From IMG/VR virus record IMGVR_UViG_3300031965_000128, positions 1-24,606 of that record: a stretch of DNA of 24,606 bases; one strand, 5' to 3'. Below are positions 1 to 8,250 of the stretch, piece by piece (the stretch's first letter is position 1; each line of letters starts with the position of its first letter). Source of the DNA: a virus. Its lineage: Duplodnaviria; Caudoviricetes. The translations under genes and the position numbers were made by a program. A model generated the notes under the pieces. The model had not been told where the DNA came from, did not search any database, and was given only the letters and a program-made list of their open reading frames with translations.

Positions 1-360
1 ATAGAAGATAAGGACCTAGACTTCTGCTGTCCCGCTATCGCAAGCGCTGCATTTAAACTTGAAGCGCTGGACAAAAAATTCCTCCAAGCACAATCACTGT
101 TCGAAGAGATGTTCAAGCCTAAACAGGCGCAAGGGGAAGGTCCCTTCAAATATGATTACTCTTGGTTTGGCCCGAGTCACGAATTCATGAATCCGGAGTA
201 TAGACAGCAGCGTGTAGATGCGCTGCGATTTTGCGCCGAGGCTTGCCTTAAAGGACAACCGAGAGTTCACTACAGCAAAACCACATTCAAGGAAAACGGT
301 GATCCGATTCTGGTCAATGCAGACGGAACACGCTCAATTTTCTGTGACGTAGACGAATGA
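1..360 (+). CDS. Hypothetical phage protein, 5' truncated
   Basis: Frame is open from base 1 (IEDKDLDFCC...) through the listed ATG at 109 to TGA 360; ATGA overlap with the next gene. Confidence 0.7.
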   Translation: MEDKDLDFCCPAIASAAFKLEALDKKFLQAQSLFEEMFKPKQAQGEGPFKYDYSWFGPSHEFMNPEYRQQRVDALRFCAEACLKGQPRVHYSKTTFKENGDPILVNADGTRSIFCDVDE

Positions 361-554
361 GGAGAATAGAAATGACAACGGCATCTAAAAACGTTGGCGA
401 AGAAACCTATACAGTCACACTTTCGTACGATGAACTTAGAATACTAAAAGCTCTCTGCCACGTGGGTAAGGAGAATTTAGACTTGACTTTCAAGAATCCT
501 CGTGAGGTCGACCTCGTCGGCGAAGTATCAAGTAAGATAATTTACTCTAACTAA
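357..554 (+). CDS. Small hypothetical protein
   Basis: Coupled at both ends (ATGA, TAATG); alternative ATG at 372 follows GAGGAG. Confidence 0.7.
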   Translation: MRRIEMTTASKNVGEETYTVTLSYDELRILKALCHVGKENLDLTFKNPREVDLVGEVSSKIIYSN

Positions 555-949
555 TGGAAGGAATAGAAATGAATATTGAGAGGATGAACGAGCTCGTGAG
601 ATTCTTGGAGTCGCTGCCGGAGGATAGGCTGTTTGACATGTCTATATATGGATATTATAGTATCTATGAATCGGATCAAAGATTCTGCGGTTGCGCCATA
701 GGTTGGGCGACGTTGAACCCCTTCTTCAATGAACAGGGCTTCGTACATAAGAAAAGCTTGGATATAGGGGTTTACCCTGTATTTCGCCATCAAACTGACT
801 CGAACCGGTCGTTGGAAGGGTCGGCTGCCACAATGCATTTCTTCGAGTTGAATAGCGAAGATACGTTTGACTTGTTTGGGGGGCATGAAGATAAGACCCT
901 CAAAGAGGAGATTCGAATCATTAAGAACTTTATAACTGAGAGAAGGTGA
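554..949 (+). CDS. Hypothetical phage protein (FDMS...CGCAIGWA motif)
   Basis: 131-aa ORF coupled to both neighbours. Confidence 0.75.
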   Translation: MEGIEMNIERMNELVRFLESLPEDRLFDMSIYGYYSIYESDQRFCGCAIGWATLNPFFNEQGFVHKKSLDIGVYPVFRHQTDSNRSLEGSAATMHFFELNSEDTFDLFGGHEDKTLKEEIRIIKNFITERR

Positions 950-950
950 A

Positions 951-1157
951 ATGAGCGATTTATCGATTGAGTTAATTATGAAAGAGCTCCGCTTGTTACA
1001 TGCTGAGAAGGTAGTCGAGCGAGCTCGCATCATACGCACAATCTCTGAATTATCTAAAGCAAACAAGCTGGACAAAGTTGAGATACTACGCCCGGAGCTT
1101 GCAGCTATAGAGCGAGCAATTGAAGCTTTGCAACTTTCCATCCTAATGTGGTCATAA
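951..1157 (+). CDS. Small helical hypothetical protein
   Basis: AAGGTG upstream; tight operon packing. Confidence 0.65.
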   Translation: MSDLSIELIMKELRLLHAEKVVERARIIRTISELSKANKLDKVEILRPELAAIERAIEALQLSILMWS

Positions 1158-1357
1158 CCAAGGAGATCTTTATGAGAATTGGCAAATATTACGTTGGCGC
1201 AATGATAGGAGGGACAGCGTATGAAGTACAGATAGGAAAGTTCTATCTTCGTATTCTGAGACCAAAGATGTACTTTTGGCCGTACAGGTTGTATCCTCGA
1301 ACTAAACTCAAGTTCCCGCAAGTTATTTCAATCAGTTGGCTCAATAGGGGAGGTTGA
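1148..1357 (+). CDS. Small basic hypothetical protein
   Basis: AAGGAG precedes ATG 1172, the likely real start. Confidence 0.6.
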   Translation: MVITKEIFMRIGKYYVGAMIGGTAYEVQIGKFYLRILRPKMYFWPYRLYPRTKLKFPQVISISWLNRGG

Positions 1358-1360
1358 CCC

Positions 1361-1579
1361 ATGTTCAGTGTCGAATACAAAGGCTATCATATTCACGGTT
1401 ATGACGACCGCCCAAATTGCATGGTCAACTTTGGCGTGTCACATCATTATAAATCTTTACTTGCAGCTAAGCTCGCCATAAGCAAGCGGATTAAGCAATT
1501 GGAAGCAAATAAGCGCAAGCGTACTGTAGCATGTGTAAACCCTTACGCAACACAGGGCAAGCTGTTTGCCCGCAGTTAA
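1361..1579 (+). CDS. Small hypothetical protein
   Basis: GGAGG RBS; its 3' third lies in the first GA/TC-free island. Confidence 0.7.
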   Translation: MFSVEYKGYHIHGYDDRPNCMVNFGVSHHYKSLLAAKLAISKRIKQLEANKRKRTVACVNPYATQGKLFARS

Positions 1580-1671
1580 ACGCTTGCGCAATACCTAAAC
1601 ACCACTTACCCTACAAACACCGCGTAGCGCGTTTAAACCGTTGCATCCAACTAACCGATTAGGAGAATAAA

Positions 1672-1890
1672 ATGCCTTATCGTATTGCAATCGACGAGTA
1701 CCAACGCTTATTGATAATCAAGGCTTTAAAAGTTGGAGCAGAAAAGCTGAAACCTGAATTGCGACGTCAACCGGGGAACGAAATTCCCATTGGTGCCAAT
1801 GCTTATGATGAACTTATAGTTATCATTTCGATGGCCGAGGAACTACCTGTTGATAACAAACCCGGCATGCTTCACGAATTTTGTCTTTAA
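1672..1890 (+). CDS. Hypothetical protein
   Basis: AGGAG RBS upstream. Confidence 0.75.
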   Translation: MPYRIAIDEYQRLLIIKALKVGAEKLKPELRRQPGNEIPIGANAYDELIVIISMAEELPVDNKPGMLHEFCL

Positions 1891-1921
1891 TCGTTTTAAC
1901 ATCAACTCTTAGGAGAATGAA

Positions 1922-2263
1922 ATGAAAATTGAAACTCGGATCGCCATCGAAGAGAAGATCGTCAAGAAGACGATCGAAGTGTTGTTGGCAGCAGGTTACA
2001 CAATAACTGTTGACGACGGCGTGGAGAAAGTCTTGCAAAAGTCTAAAGATGCGGACGACATCTTCAATGCAATGATGTCGACAGATGAGGACCAGTTACA
2101 CGTTTACTCCAAATACACTAAGTTGAGAGTAGGTTGGATCTTCTTTGTCTACGGCAACGATGGTTACGATGTCATTTGTGACCACACAACAAATCTGTCC
2201 GAGGTGTTGGAGCCGGTGGATCAATTGGCATCTGAGCTTGAACAAGAGCATAGCACTCATTAA
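1922..2263 (+). CDS. Hypothetical phage protein (GWIFFVYGNDGYDVICDH motif)
   Basis: AGGAG RBS; motif recalled from phage early proteins. Confidence 0.8.
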   Translation: MKIETRIAIEEKIVKKTIEVLLAAGYTITVDDGVEKVLQKSKDADDIFNAMMSTDEDQLHVYSKYTKLRVGWIFFVYGNDGYDVICDHTTNLSEVLEPVDQLASELEQEHSTH

Positions 2264-2265
2264 TT

Positions 2266-2529
2266 ATGACAGCTACAGCCGCCGAACGACACGGTCTGCA
2301 ACAGGCTATTGCCAAAGCCCTTGAAAAAGAAGCTAAAGCAAACGGCTCGTTTGTAGACCCGAGCAAACCGAAGTATGTGGTTACTTACGTTGGGGTCTAT
2401 GTCATTGCTGGTAAGCATCACAAAATCAGCAACACCAACTTGGAGGCCTTCAAACTAGCGGTAGAAAAGATAAAGTCTGCTTTTCCAAAGCTTCCGGTTA
2501 CATTGTTTGAATTTACAGAGGAGAAATAA
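2266..2529 (+). CDS. Hypothetical protein
   Basis: Fills the operon gap; TAATG coupling to the next gene. Confidence 0.7.
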   Translation: MTATAAERHGLQQAIAKALEKEAKANGSFVDPSKPKYVVTYVGVYVIAGKHHKISNTNLEAFKLAVEKIKSAFPKLPVTLFEFTEEK

Positions 2530-2993
2530 TGACTGACATCACTCTTGAGGCGATTAAGGCCGAACAAAGTCGCTTAGCAGGAATGATTGCTGAACTCGAA
2601 CAGCAGAGCAAGAGTCGGCCCTGTTTTATCACTTTTCCAAAAGTTGAAATTGAGCTTAATAGAGGTGAGCGCTACGCTGGTATCGTGCTTGGTGGCGTCG
2701 CGCTAGATAGTTATCACCTGATCCTGCTGCCGGATGAAGCTGAGTCGATCGACTGGCCGGACGCCAAAGGCTGGGCGGCTGGCATCGGCGGCGCTCTACC
2801 AATCCGACGCGAGCAGGCGCTTCTGTTCGCCAACCTGAAGGGAGAGTTTAAGGAGAGTTGGTATTGGTCAGCTGAGCAGCACGCCTCTTACTCCGACTGT
2901 GCCTGGATTCAGTACTTTGAAAGCGGCCGCCAGGACCTCAGCAGCAAGAGGTATGATGGCCATGCCCGCGCCGTCCGCAGATTGCCCATTTAA
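2529..2993 (+). CDS. DUF1566 (Lcl C-terminal, C-type-lectin-like fold) protein
   Basis: GERYAGI, YHLILLP, LPxRREQALLFANLK, WYWS, AWxQxF, ARAVRR motifs; GAGGAG RBS. Confidence 0.8.
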   Translation: MTDITLEAIKAEQSRLAGMIAELEQQSKSRPCFITFPKVEIELNRGERYAGIVLGGVALDSYHLILLPDEAESIDWPDAKGWAAGIGGALPIRREQALLFANLKGEFKESWYWSAEQHASYSDCAWIQYFESGRQDLSSKRYDGHARAVRRLPI

Positions 2994-3013
2994 TTAAGCC
3001 ACGGGAGATTTAA

Positions 3014-3241
3014 ATGCAATTTGACAACATTGAAGAAGTTAAGAATCATGAGTTCAAAGGTAATGGTTTTAGTGATCAAGGCGTGTTTGACGCGATCCGC
3101 GCATTTGTATCTAACCCTCAAATCTGCCTTGCAGACAAAGCGGAAGCTCTGCGCATTATGAGCGATAAGGGAATGGGGTTAGGACGTGAATGTTATAAAG
3201 CCGATTGGGAAGTTGTGCTTGAATATATGAGGGCACTGTGA
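3014..3241 (+). CDS. Hypothetical protein
   Basis: GGGAG RBS. Confidence 0.7.
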   Translation: MQFDNIEEVKNHEFKGNGFSDQGVFDAIRAFVSNPQICLADKAEALRIMSDKGMGLGRECYKADWEVVLEYMRAL

Positions 3242-3242
3242 C

Positions 3243-3419
3243 ATGGCTAATAACAAATCTTTCAAAATCTATGCTTTTGTGAAAGAGCAAGACAAGCATG
3301 TGCACGTAGCCACGCTGAGCGAGAAAGAGCTCGACGACCTTGGTGACTATGGCGTGGAACAGCTCTGTAAAGAGCATTGCCAGAAGCATAAGCTCACATT
3401 TATCGACTACGCAACTTAA
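3243..3419 (+). CDS. 58-aa hypothetical protein (absent from the ORF track)
   Basis: Translated by hand: MANNKSFKIYAFVKEQDKHVHV...FIDYAT*; fills the gap between neighbours. Confidence 0.65.
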   Translation: MANNKSFKIYAFVKEQDKHVHVATLSEKELDDLGDYGVEQLCKEHCQKHKLTFIDYAT

Positions 3420-3433
3420 TTGGAGGAGTCAGC

Positions 3434-3736
3434 ATGAACCAATGGACCGCTGAATCTGCTGAAAGCTTTGCTGCGAAATTGAAAGAAAAAGCAAAGCTAG
3501 ACGCAGCCCAAGGAAAACGTGAAAGGCGTCAGCGCGAAGCGAGTTATCCAGGGTGCGCCTGCGGCAATATTGCTCGCATGGGTGAGCTCTGCTGTGGCGC
3601 TTGCATGGATAAAGCTCAGCGTCAACAAGACGAAATTGATCGTCAGAACTGTGCTTTGGAATACGTACAAGCGCTAACTCTCCAAGAACATATTGAACGT
3701 ATTGAAGCAGTCTTAATTGCGGAGGGTAAGCTATGA
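3434..3736 (+). CDS. Hypothetical protein with CxC...CCxxC metal-binding-like motif
   Basis: GGAGGAG RBS; CACG...CCGAC. Confidence 0.7.
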   Translation: MNQWTAESAESFAAKLKEKAKLDAAQGKRERRQREASYPGCACGNIARMGELCCGACMDKAQRQQDEIDRQNCALEYVQALTLQEHIERIEAVLIAEGKL

Positions 3737-4248
3737 CCCAATGGACGGCTAAGCACATCATTGCTCAGTTGAAGCAATTTAAAGATTTCTTAACCGCAAG
3801 AGGAGCAGAGGTTCATGAACCTACCAACGAATATGAATTGGTGAGATTCAGGAGCGGTAACGCAACGTCTATTGTATATACCAAGAAAAACGGTATAATA
3901 ACTTTTTTTGGTGAAGCTCATACCGCATGGATTGCCTTTAAGTCCAATGATAGTTGGAGAGCTAAGACTGTCGTGTACAAGCGTAAAACCTCATCTGTAA
4001 TAAACACCTTGCGAAAAAGGGACGGTGACAATTGCTTCTACTGTTTGCATGCAGTTTCAGGAGAGGATGAATCAGAAGAACATTTGGTGCCTATAACACA
4101 TGGAGGCCCAGACCATATCGCAAATAAAGTTCTAGCTCATAAGCTGTGCAACCAGTTAGCAGGGCATTTGAGCTTAGCGGAGAAGATTCAAATACATGTC
4201 AAGTCTCAATTAAAGAAGGTTGAACAAAATGAAAAGCAATCCGCTTGA
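3733..4248 (+). CDS. HNH endonuclease domain protein
   Basis: C-terminal RDGDNCFYC...EHLVPITHGG...N...AHKLCN. Confidence 0.85.
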   Translation: MTQWTAKHIIAQLKQFKDFLTARGAEVHEPTNEYELVRFRSGNATSIVYTKKNGIITFFGEAHTAWIAFKSNDSWRAKTVVYKRKTSSVINTLRKRDGDNCFYCLHAVSGEDESEEHLVPITHGGPDHIANKVLAHKLCNQLAGHLSLAEKIQIHVKSQLKKVEQNEKQSA

Positions 4249-4735
4249 TGTCGACGATTTACGTTTCGACACAATGGTAGCCATGAAATACCCTTCTGCC
4301 GAAGACGCTGTTATTAAGAGAGCTTTGGTGATTCTAAGCGGGCGACTTCGCGTCCCGGGTAGCTTGCTTGGGAACCCCTCAGACGTCACGCAATATTTAT
4401 CGTTGAAATTGGCAGCATTGGAGCACGAAATCTTCGGAATGCTACTCCTCGATGTCAAAAATAGACTCATTTGCGACATCCAGTTGTTCAGGGGCACTCT
4501 CACGCAAACAAGCGTATTCCCACGCGAAGTGATCAAGGAAGCCCTATCACTAAATGCCTCAAGTGTGGTTATATATCACAACCATCCAAGCGGAATGGCT
4601 GAACCTAGCCTCGTTGATAAAACTTTGACTACGGATTTGAAGAAGGCTTTGAAGTTTGTCGACATTACCATATTGGACCATATTATTATTGCCGGTATGG
4701 ATTATTACTCTTTTAGTGAGAAAGGTTTATTATGA
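4220..4735 (+). CDS. radC: RadC-like JAB/MPN domain protein
   Basis: EHEIFG, GTL, VFPREV, HNHPSG, PSxxD, ILDHIII motifs; ATG 4229 may be the real start. Confidence 0.9.
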   Translation: MNKMKSNPLDVDDLRFDTMVAMKYPSAEDAVIKRALVILSGRLRVPGSLLGNPSDVTQYLSLKLAALEHEIFGMLLLDVKNRLICDIQLFRGTLTQTSVFPREVIKEALSLNASSVVIYHNHPSGMAEPSLVDKTLTTDLKKALKFVDITILDHIIIAGMDYYSFSEKGLL

Positions 4736-4914
4736 ATACAGTTTACGTTTTAATACTAGTCTACAGCTTCGGGTACGGCCCTCGTACAAACATTTATACG
4801 CAGGAATTTACCTCTGCTGAGAATTGCGAATCCGCGCGTGTAATCGTAGGGGCAGGTTTCAAGGCAGCACGCGATGAAAATCATATCCAGCGACTTGTTT
4901 GCACAAAGAAATAG
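4732..4914 (+). CDS. Small protein with hydrophobic N-terminus (QEFxSxENC...CxKK)
   Basis: AAAGG RBS, ATGA overlap; two-Cys pattern. Confidence 0.7.
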   Translation: MNTVYVLILVYSFGYGPRTNIYTQEFTSAENCESARVIVGAGFKAARDENHIQRLVCTKK

Positions 4915-4923
4915 GAGATCATC

Positions 4924-5580
4924 ATGAATAACAGCAATGCCGACTGGCAGAGGCGGGAAGGGTTTGAAAAGTGGTACAGAGATACGCAGCAACTGCCGTT
5001 TGTGGAGGGCCACTGGAATCGCGTCCTAGAGCGCACAGGTGAGTATTTAATACAATCCGTTCAATGGAAATGGGAAGTATGGCAAGCCGCGCTCGATCAC
5101 AACGACGTTCCGACGGTTTTACAGACGATCATAGACTATCCAATCGCCGATCCTAAAAACATGGACGCCGCAAACATGAAGCTCATCGCTATCAACGCAA
5201 TGGTTCAGCCTACAGCACAACCTGCGCCGATGCCGGTAGCGCTCCAACATATGGCAGTGGCCGAAAACGGCATACTGCACTGGATGAGTGGACGCAAGAT
5301 CGATAATTGCGAACTTTACGCGATGCCAGATTTCGGACGTGCGCCATTCCTCTACACCTCTCCGCAACCACCAGCAGTGCAACCAGCCAGCGAATGGAAT
5401 GATGCGATTGAGGCGGCAGCTTTGCGTATCGAAAATGGATCATTCCTTCACGATCAAGCGCCAACTGCTCTATTTGCAAAAGAAGCTGCAAAAGCTATCC
5501 GCGCCCTCAAGCGCCAGCCATCCGAAGTAAATCTTTTGCCGCAAGCCCCACTCGATCCGATTTATCAATCTAAGGAATAG
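4924..5580 (+). CDS. Mosaic Ead/Ea22/Eaa-like accessory protein
   Basis: FEKWY...WEVWQAA, LYTSPQP and WNDAIEAAA modules joined by P/A/Q linkers; AGGAG RBS. Confidence 0.65.
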   Translation: MNNSNADWQRREGFEKWYRDTQQLPFVEGHWNRVLERTGEYLIQSVQWKWEVWQAALDHNDVPTVLQTIIDYPIADPKNMDAANMKLIAINAMVQPTAQPAPMPVALQHMAVAENGILHWMSGRKIDNCELYAMPDFGRAPFLYTSPQPPAVQPASEWNDAIEAAALRIENGSFLHDQAPTALFAKEAAKAIRALKRQPSEVNLLPQAPLDPIYQSKE

Positions 5581-5582
5581 CG

Positions 5583-6470
5583 ATGAGACCATCAAGTATT
5601 CAGGAATTTGCCGAATGGTTTGTAGGGCGCAATTTGGGGGCGACCGGAGATTGGCGGGCAGCGGCTGAAGACGCGCAGCATCGACTTGATGATCTGATTG
5701 CTGCCGACGGCTATCCGCAACCAGCGCAGGCATCCGAAAGCGTGCAAGCAGCAGAGCAGAAAGCTACTATTGGCGGTGACGGCTTTTTTGCAGGAATAGA
5801 GCTGGCTGTCGATCCGTCATTGCCGCCTGAAACCGTTGAAATGAGATCTGGCGCAAACCGCGTGAGGTTGAACACTAGTACAGGTGAGATGACCGCATTC
5901 CAGGCAGTAGAGGAGAGAGTGCAGCCGGTAGCCGGAGCGGCGGATGCGCGGGAGTCAGCACTGCAACTGATCCGGGAAGTCTGCAACTGGATTTGCGATA
6001 CGTTATCCGAATCAACAACTGGCGCAACCGTCAATGCGGTCAAGCTTGCTAGGGCATTTAAAAATCTATCCACGCTAAGTGAACCCAAGGAAAGCGAGCG
6101 GGACAAGGTGGATGAGCCAATATTGCCAGTGGTGGCATGGCTGATTGATAGCTATGACAGCAAGGATAAATTGCATCAAACCGTTGAATTGAGTCCGCTA
6201 ACTGATGATGTCGGGATGGACGAGTCATCAGAGGCATGGGCGCTTTGCACGGTTGAGAACGCAAAGAATGCCATTGACAAGTGCTGTGCCATCCTATCCA
6301 CGCTAAGTGAACCCAAGGAAAGCGAGCGGGACAAGGTGGATGCGCAGAGGTATCGGTTGGTCAAGACGATGAGCAAAGAAATGCTACTGTTTTGGCGCGG
6401 TGCGTATGGGTGCGCCGATGAACCAATTGACGCCCTGCGCGCCGATCAGGAGAAGAAAAATGCTGATTAG
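5583..6470 (+). CDS. Mosaic accessory protein with an internal 16-aa duplication
   Basis: PVVAW and DAQRYR modules; LSTLSEPKESERDKVD occurs twice. Confidence 0.75.
   Translation: MRPSSIQEFAEWFVGRNLGATGDWRAAAEDAQHRLDDLIAADGYPQPAQASESVQAAEQKATIGGDGFFAGIELAVDPSLPPETVEMRSGANRVRLNTSTGEMTAFQAVEERVQPVAGAADARESALQLIREVCNWICDTLSESTTGATVNAVKLARAFKNLSTLSEPKESERDKVDEPILPVVAWLIDSYDSKDKLHQTVELSPLTDDVGMDESSEAWALCTVENAKNAIDKCCAILSTLSEPKESERDKVDAQRYRLVKTMSKEMLLFWRGAYGCADEPIDALRADQEKKNAD
6066..6342 (+). repeat. Perfect 49-bp direct repeat (6066-6114 and 6294-6342)
   Basis: CTATCCACGCTAAGTGAACCCAAGGAAAGCGAGCGGGACAAGGTGGATG twice, offset 228 bp, in frame. Confidence 0.97.
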
Positions 6471-6690
6471 GACAATCGCTAGCCATACGGACCATGACTT
6501 TTATGGGAAGCCAGTCGAGGTCACGCGTGCCGAACTCTACTGCGGCCCAGAAATGACGCTGGGACAAATCGAAGCCGCAAAACGTCATCAGGAAAAACGT
6601 CTGCAGTCACACGAAAAAAGGATGCTGCATTGGGTGCATATCGCCCGCGCCGCTCATCAATCTCCACGGGCGGGAAAGGACAGCAAATGA
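6460..6690 (+). CDS. Hypothetical protein
   Basis: AGGAG precedes ATG 6460, in frame with the listed 6400 ORF. Confidence 0.6.
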   Translation: MLIRTIASHTDHDFYGKPVEVTRAELYCGPEMTLGQIEAAKRHQEKRLQSHEKRMLHWVHIARAAHQSPRAGKDSK

Positions 6691-6803
6691 AAATCTACTT
6701 CGGCACACCTGGATGGGGCTGGCGGCTGTACGGCATCGGCTATAAGTCCGCTTGGTTTCTCGGCTTCTCGATGCGGCTTGAGACGCAGGGAGGGAGGTCG
6801 TGA
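6687..6803 (+). CDS. 38-aa aromatic-rich peptide (absent from the ORF track)
   Basis: MKIYFGTPGWGWRLYGIGYKSAWFLGFSMRLETQGGRS*; AAGGA RBS; ATGA and GTGA overlaps. Confidence 0.55.
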   Translation: MKIYFGTPGWGWRLYGIGYKSAWFLGFSMRLETQGGRS

Positions 6804-7015
6804 ACCCGCACACCAACGCTGCTAAGCGCAGGCAAGCAGAGATAGTGTGCGACTTTCTCAACCAGCGTTTCGGCTATCGCTTGGGGTTGGAACTGTCACT
6901 TGCTGCGCTCGGCATTCAGAAAGACATGATCGACGTGATGAGCAAGCTGGCCCGCAATCGATGCATCGACGAATTCCAGGACTTGTTAAAAATTCATATG
7001 AAAGGTCAGCCATGA
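6800..7015 (+). CDS. Hypothetical protein
   Basis: GGAGG RBS, GTG start. Confidence 0.6.
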   Translation: MNPHTNAAKRRQAEIVCDFLNQRFGYRLGLELSLAALGIQKDMIDVMSKLARNRCIDEFQDLLKIHMKGQP

Positions 7016-7037
7016 ATAGGTCACAAGACGCTACGAT

Positions 7038-7283
7038 ATGCGGATCGTAACCCTAATTCCGCTAACAAAACGAGCCAAGCAGATCGTTAGGCAGCACGGT
7101 GATCGATGGGAAATCCTGCATATGTCGAATAAGGTCTTCTTCTGCAACAACGCAGGCCCGTGGATGCATGTAACGCCAATCACAGAGGAGCGAGTTCATA
7201 ACTCCGTGCGCGATACGCGAGAAGATACAGCGTCACGCTGGATACACGCACACTTCGACGATAACTTTAAAGTGATACCATGA
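7038..7283 (+). CDS. Hypothetical phage protein
   Basis: 81-aa ORF with ATGA overlap to the next gene. Confidence 0.65.
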   Translation: MRIVTLIPLTKRAKQIVRQHGDRWEILHMSNKVFFCNNAGPWMHVTPITEERVHNSVRDTREDTASRWIHAHFDDNFKVIP

Positions 7284-7552
7284 GCACACAAGATTCACAG
7301 CATTTGCTGGAACAAAAAGCGGCAGCTTTTGACGAATGGATAGCAAAGACAAATTGGGTGCAGGAGCAGATAAATACCTTTCCCGCCAAATCACTTGGAA
7401 AACATCGCGCCGATGTGCTGCGCGATGAAATTGAGCGGTTGAGAGCCATTTTATTCGTACAGGAGAAACATAATGTTTGCAATCGGACTTGTTCTTGCAG
7501 TAATTGGGTTTCTGGGTGCAAAAATGACAGACAACCGAACGCTTCCATGTGA
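7280..7552 (+). CDS. Hypothetical protein (EWIAKTNWVQ...LGKHRADVL motif)
   Basis: Motif recalled from prophage accessory proteins. Confidence 0.65.
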   Translation: MSTQDSQHLLEQKAAAFDEWIAKTNWVQEQINTFPAKSLGKHRADVLRDEIERLRAILFVQEKHNVCNRTCSCSNWVSGCKNDRQPNASM

Positions 7553-7655
7553 AGATGTGCCAAACTTGACAGCTTTATTTCTCACTGTCACAGCCATAGG
7601 TGGGACATTAATCCTTATTTCTTTGACAATATTAGCTTGGAGGTTCTTGCCATGA
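7473..7655 (+). CDS. Small two-helix membrane protein
   Basis: AGGAG RBS at 7461; two hydrophobic segments. Confidence 0.65.
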   Translation: MFAIGLVLAVIGFLGAKMTDNRTLPCEDVPNLTALFLTVTAIGGTLILISLTILAWRFLP

Positions 7656-7918
7656 ATACTTTATTTGGTCATGAGGTTGTTGTACTGCATCCTCAACCAA
7701 AGATGAGGCTCAGCAAAGCCGTCCCGGTAACAGACGAGTTCCGAGCAGAAATCGATGCTTGGATGTTAGAATTCTTTGGCATGCAGGAACCTTTGATTGC
7801 AAAAGATCGCATGCTTGTGGTTAAGGATCCTTTTACCGGACAAAAGACTATCTTCTGTTCAGAAGAGCAACTTCTGATGTTAAGGAAATTGGAACTGAGG
7901 GATACGAACTATTACTAA
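7652..7918 (+). CDS. Hypothetical phage protein
   Basis: GGAGG RBS; ATG 7652 is in frame with the listed 7637 ORF. Confidence 0.7.
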   Translation: MNTLFGHEVVVLHPQPKMRLSKAVPVTDEFRAEIDAWMLEFFGMQEPLIAKDRMLVVKDPFTGQKTIFCSEEQLLMLRKLELRDTNYY

Positions 7919-7944
7919 TTAACAGTTGAATAAAATATATTTTA

Positions 7945-7982
7945 CGCAAGCGTTGTGATTTTTAAACGCTTGCGGTTATACT
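7945..7982 (+). promoter_or_regulatory. Sigma70-like promoter overlapped by a 10-bp inverted repeat (putative operator)
   Basis: TTGTGA (7953) N18 TATACT (7977); CGCAAGCGTT-N10-AACGCTTGCG at 7945-7974. Confidence 0.55.
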
Positions 7983-8010
7983 TACCGTTTAGCAATGTTG
8001 CGCATTTATC

Positions 8011-8247
8011 ATGATGACCACACAAACGGGCGCTCAGCGGAGTTTCGACGAGAAATATATTACCGGTCCGGAGATTATGCGGGAGCTCAACCTGACGCGC
8101 CATGCTTTGCATTATGCACGCCACACCGGCAAACTACCTCACTCCATTGTCCTTAACGAAGGACGTCTTTTTATTTGGGAAAGATCTCAAATTCAACCGT
8201 ATCTCGATGCTTGGAAGATTGTTTTAGACGCTCGTCGAGGTGTCTAA
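8011..8247 (+). CDS. AlpA/excisionase-like winged-HTH DNA-binding protein
   Basis: YITGPEIMRELNLTRHAL...GKLP...FIWER pattern; directly upstream of the primase gene. Confidence 0.7.
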   Translation: MMTTQTGAQRSFDEKYITGPEIMRELNLTRHALHYARHTGKLPHSIVLNEGRLFIWERSQIQPYLDAWKIVLDARRGV

Positions 8248-8250
8248 GCG

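Noticed and set aside
551-1321. 256-aa minus-strand ORF
   Set aside because: Antisense to three coupled plus-strand genes; no recognisable motif.
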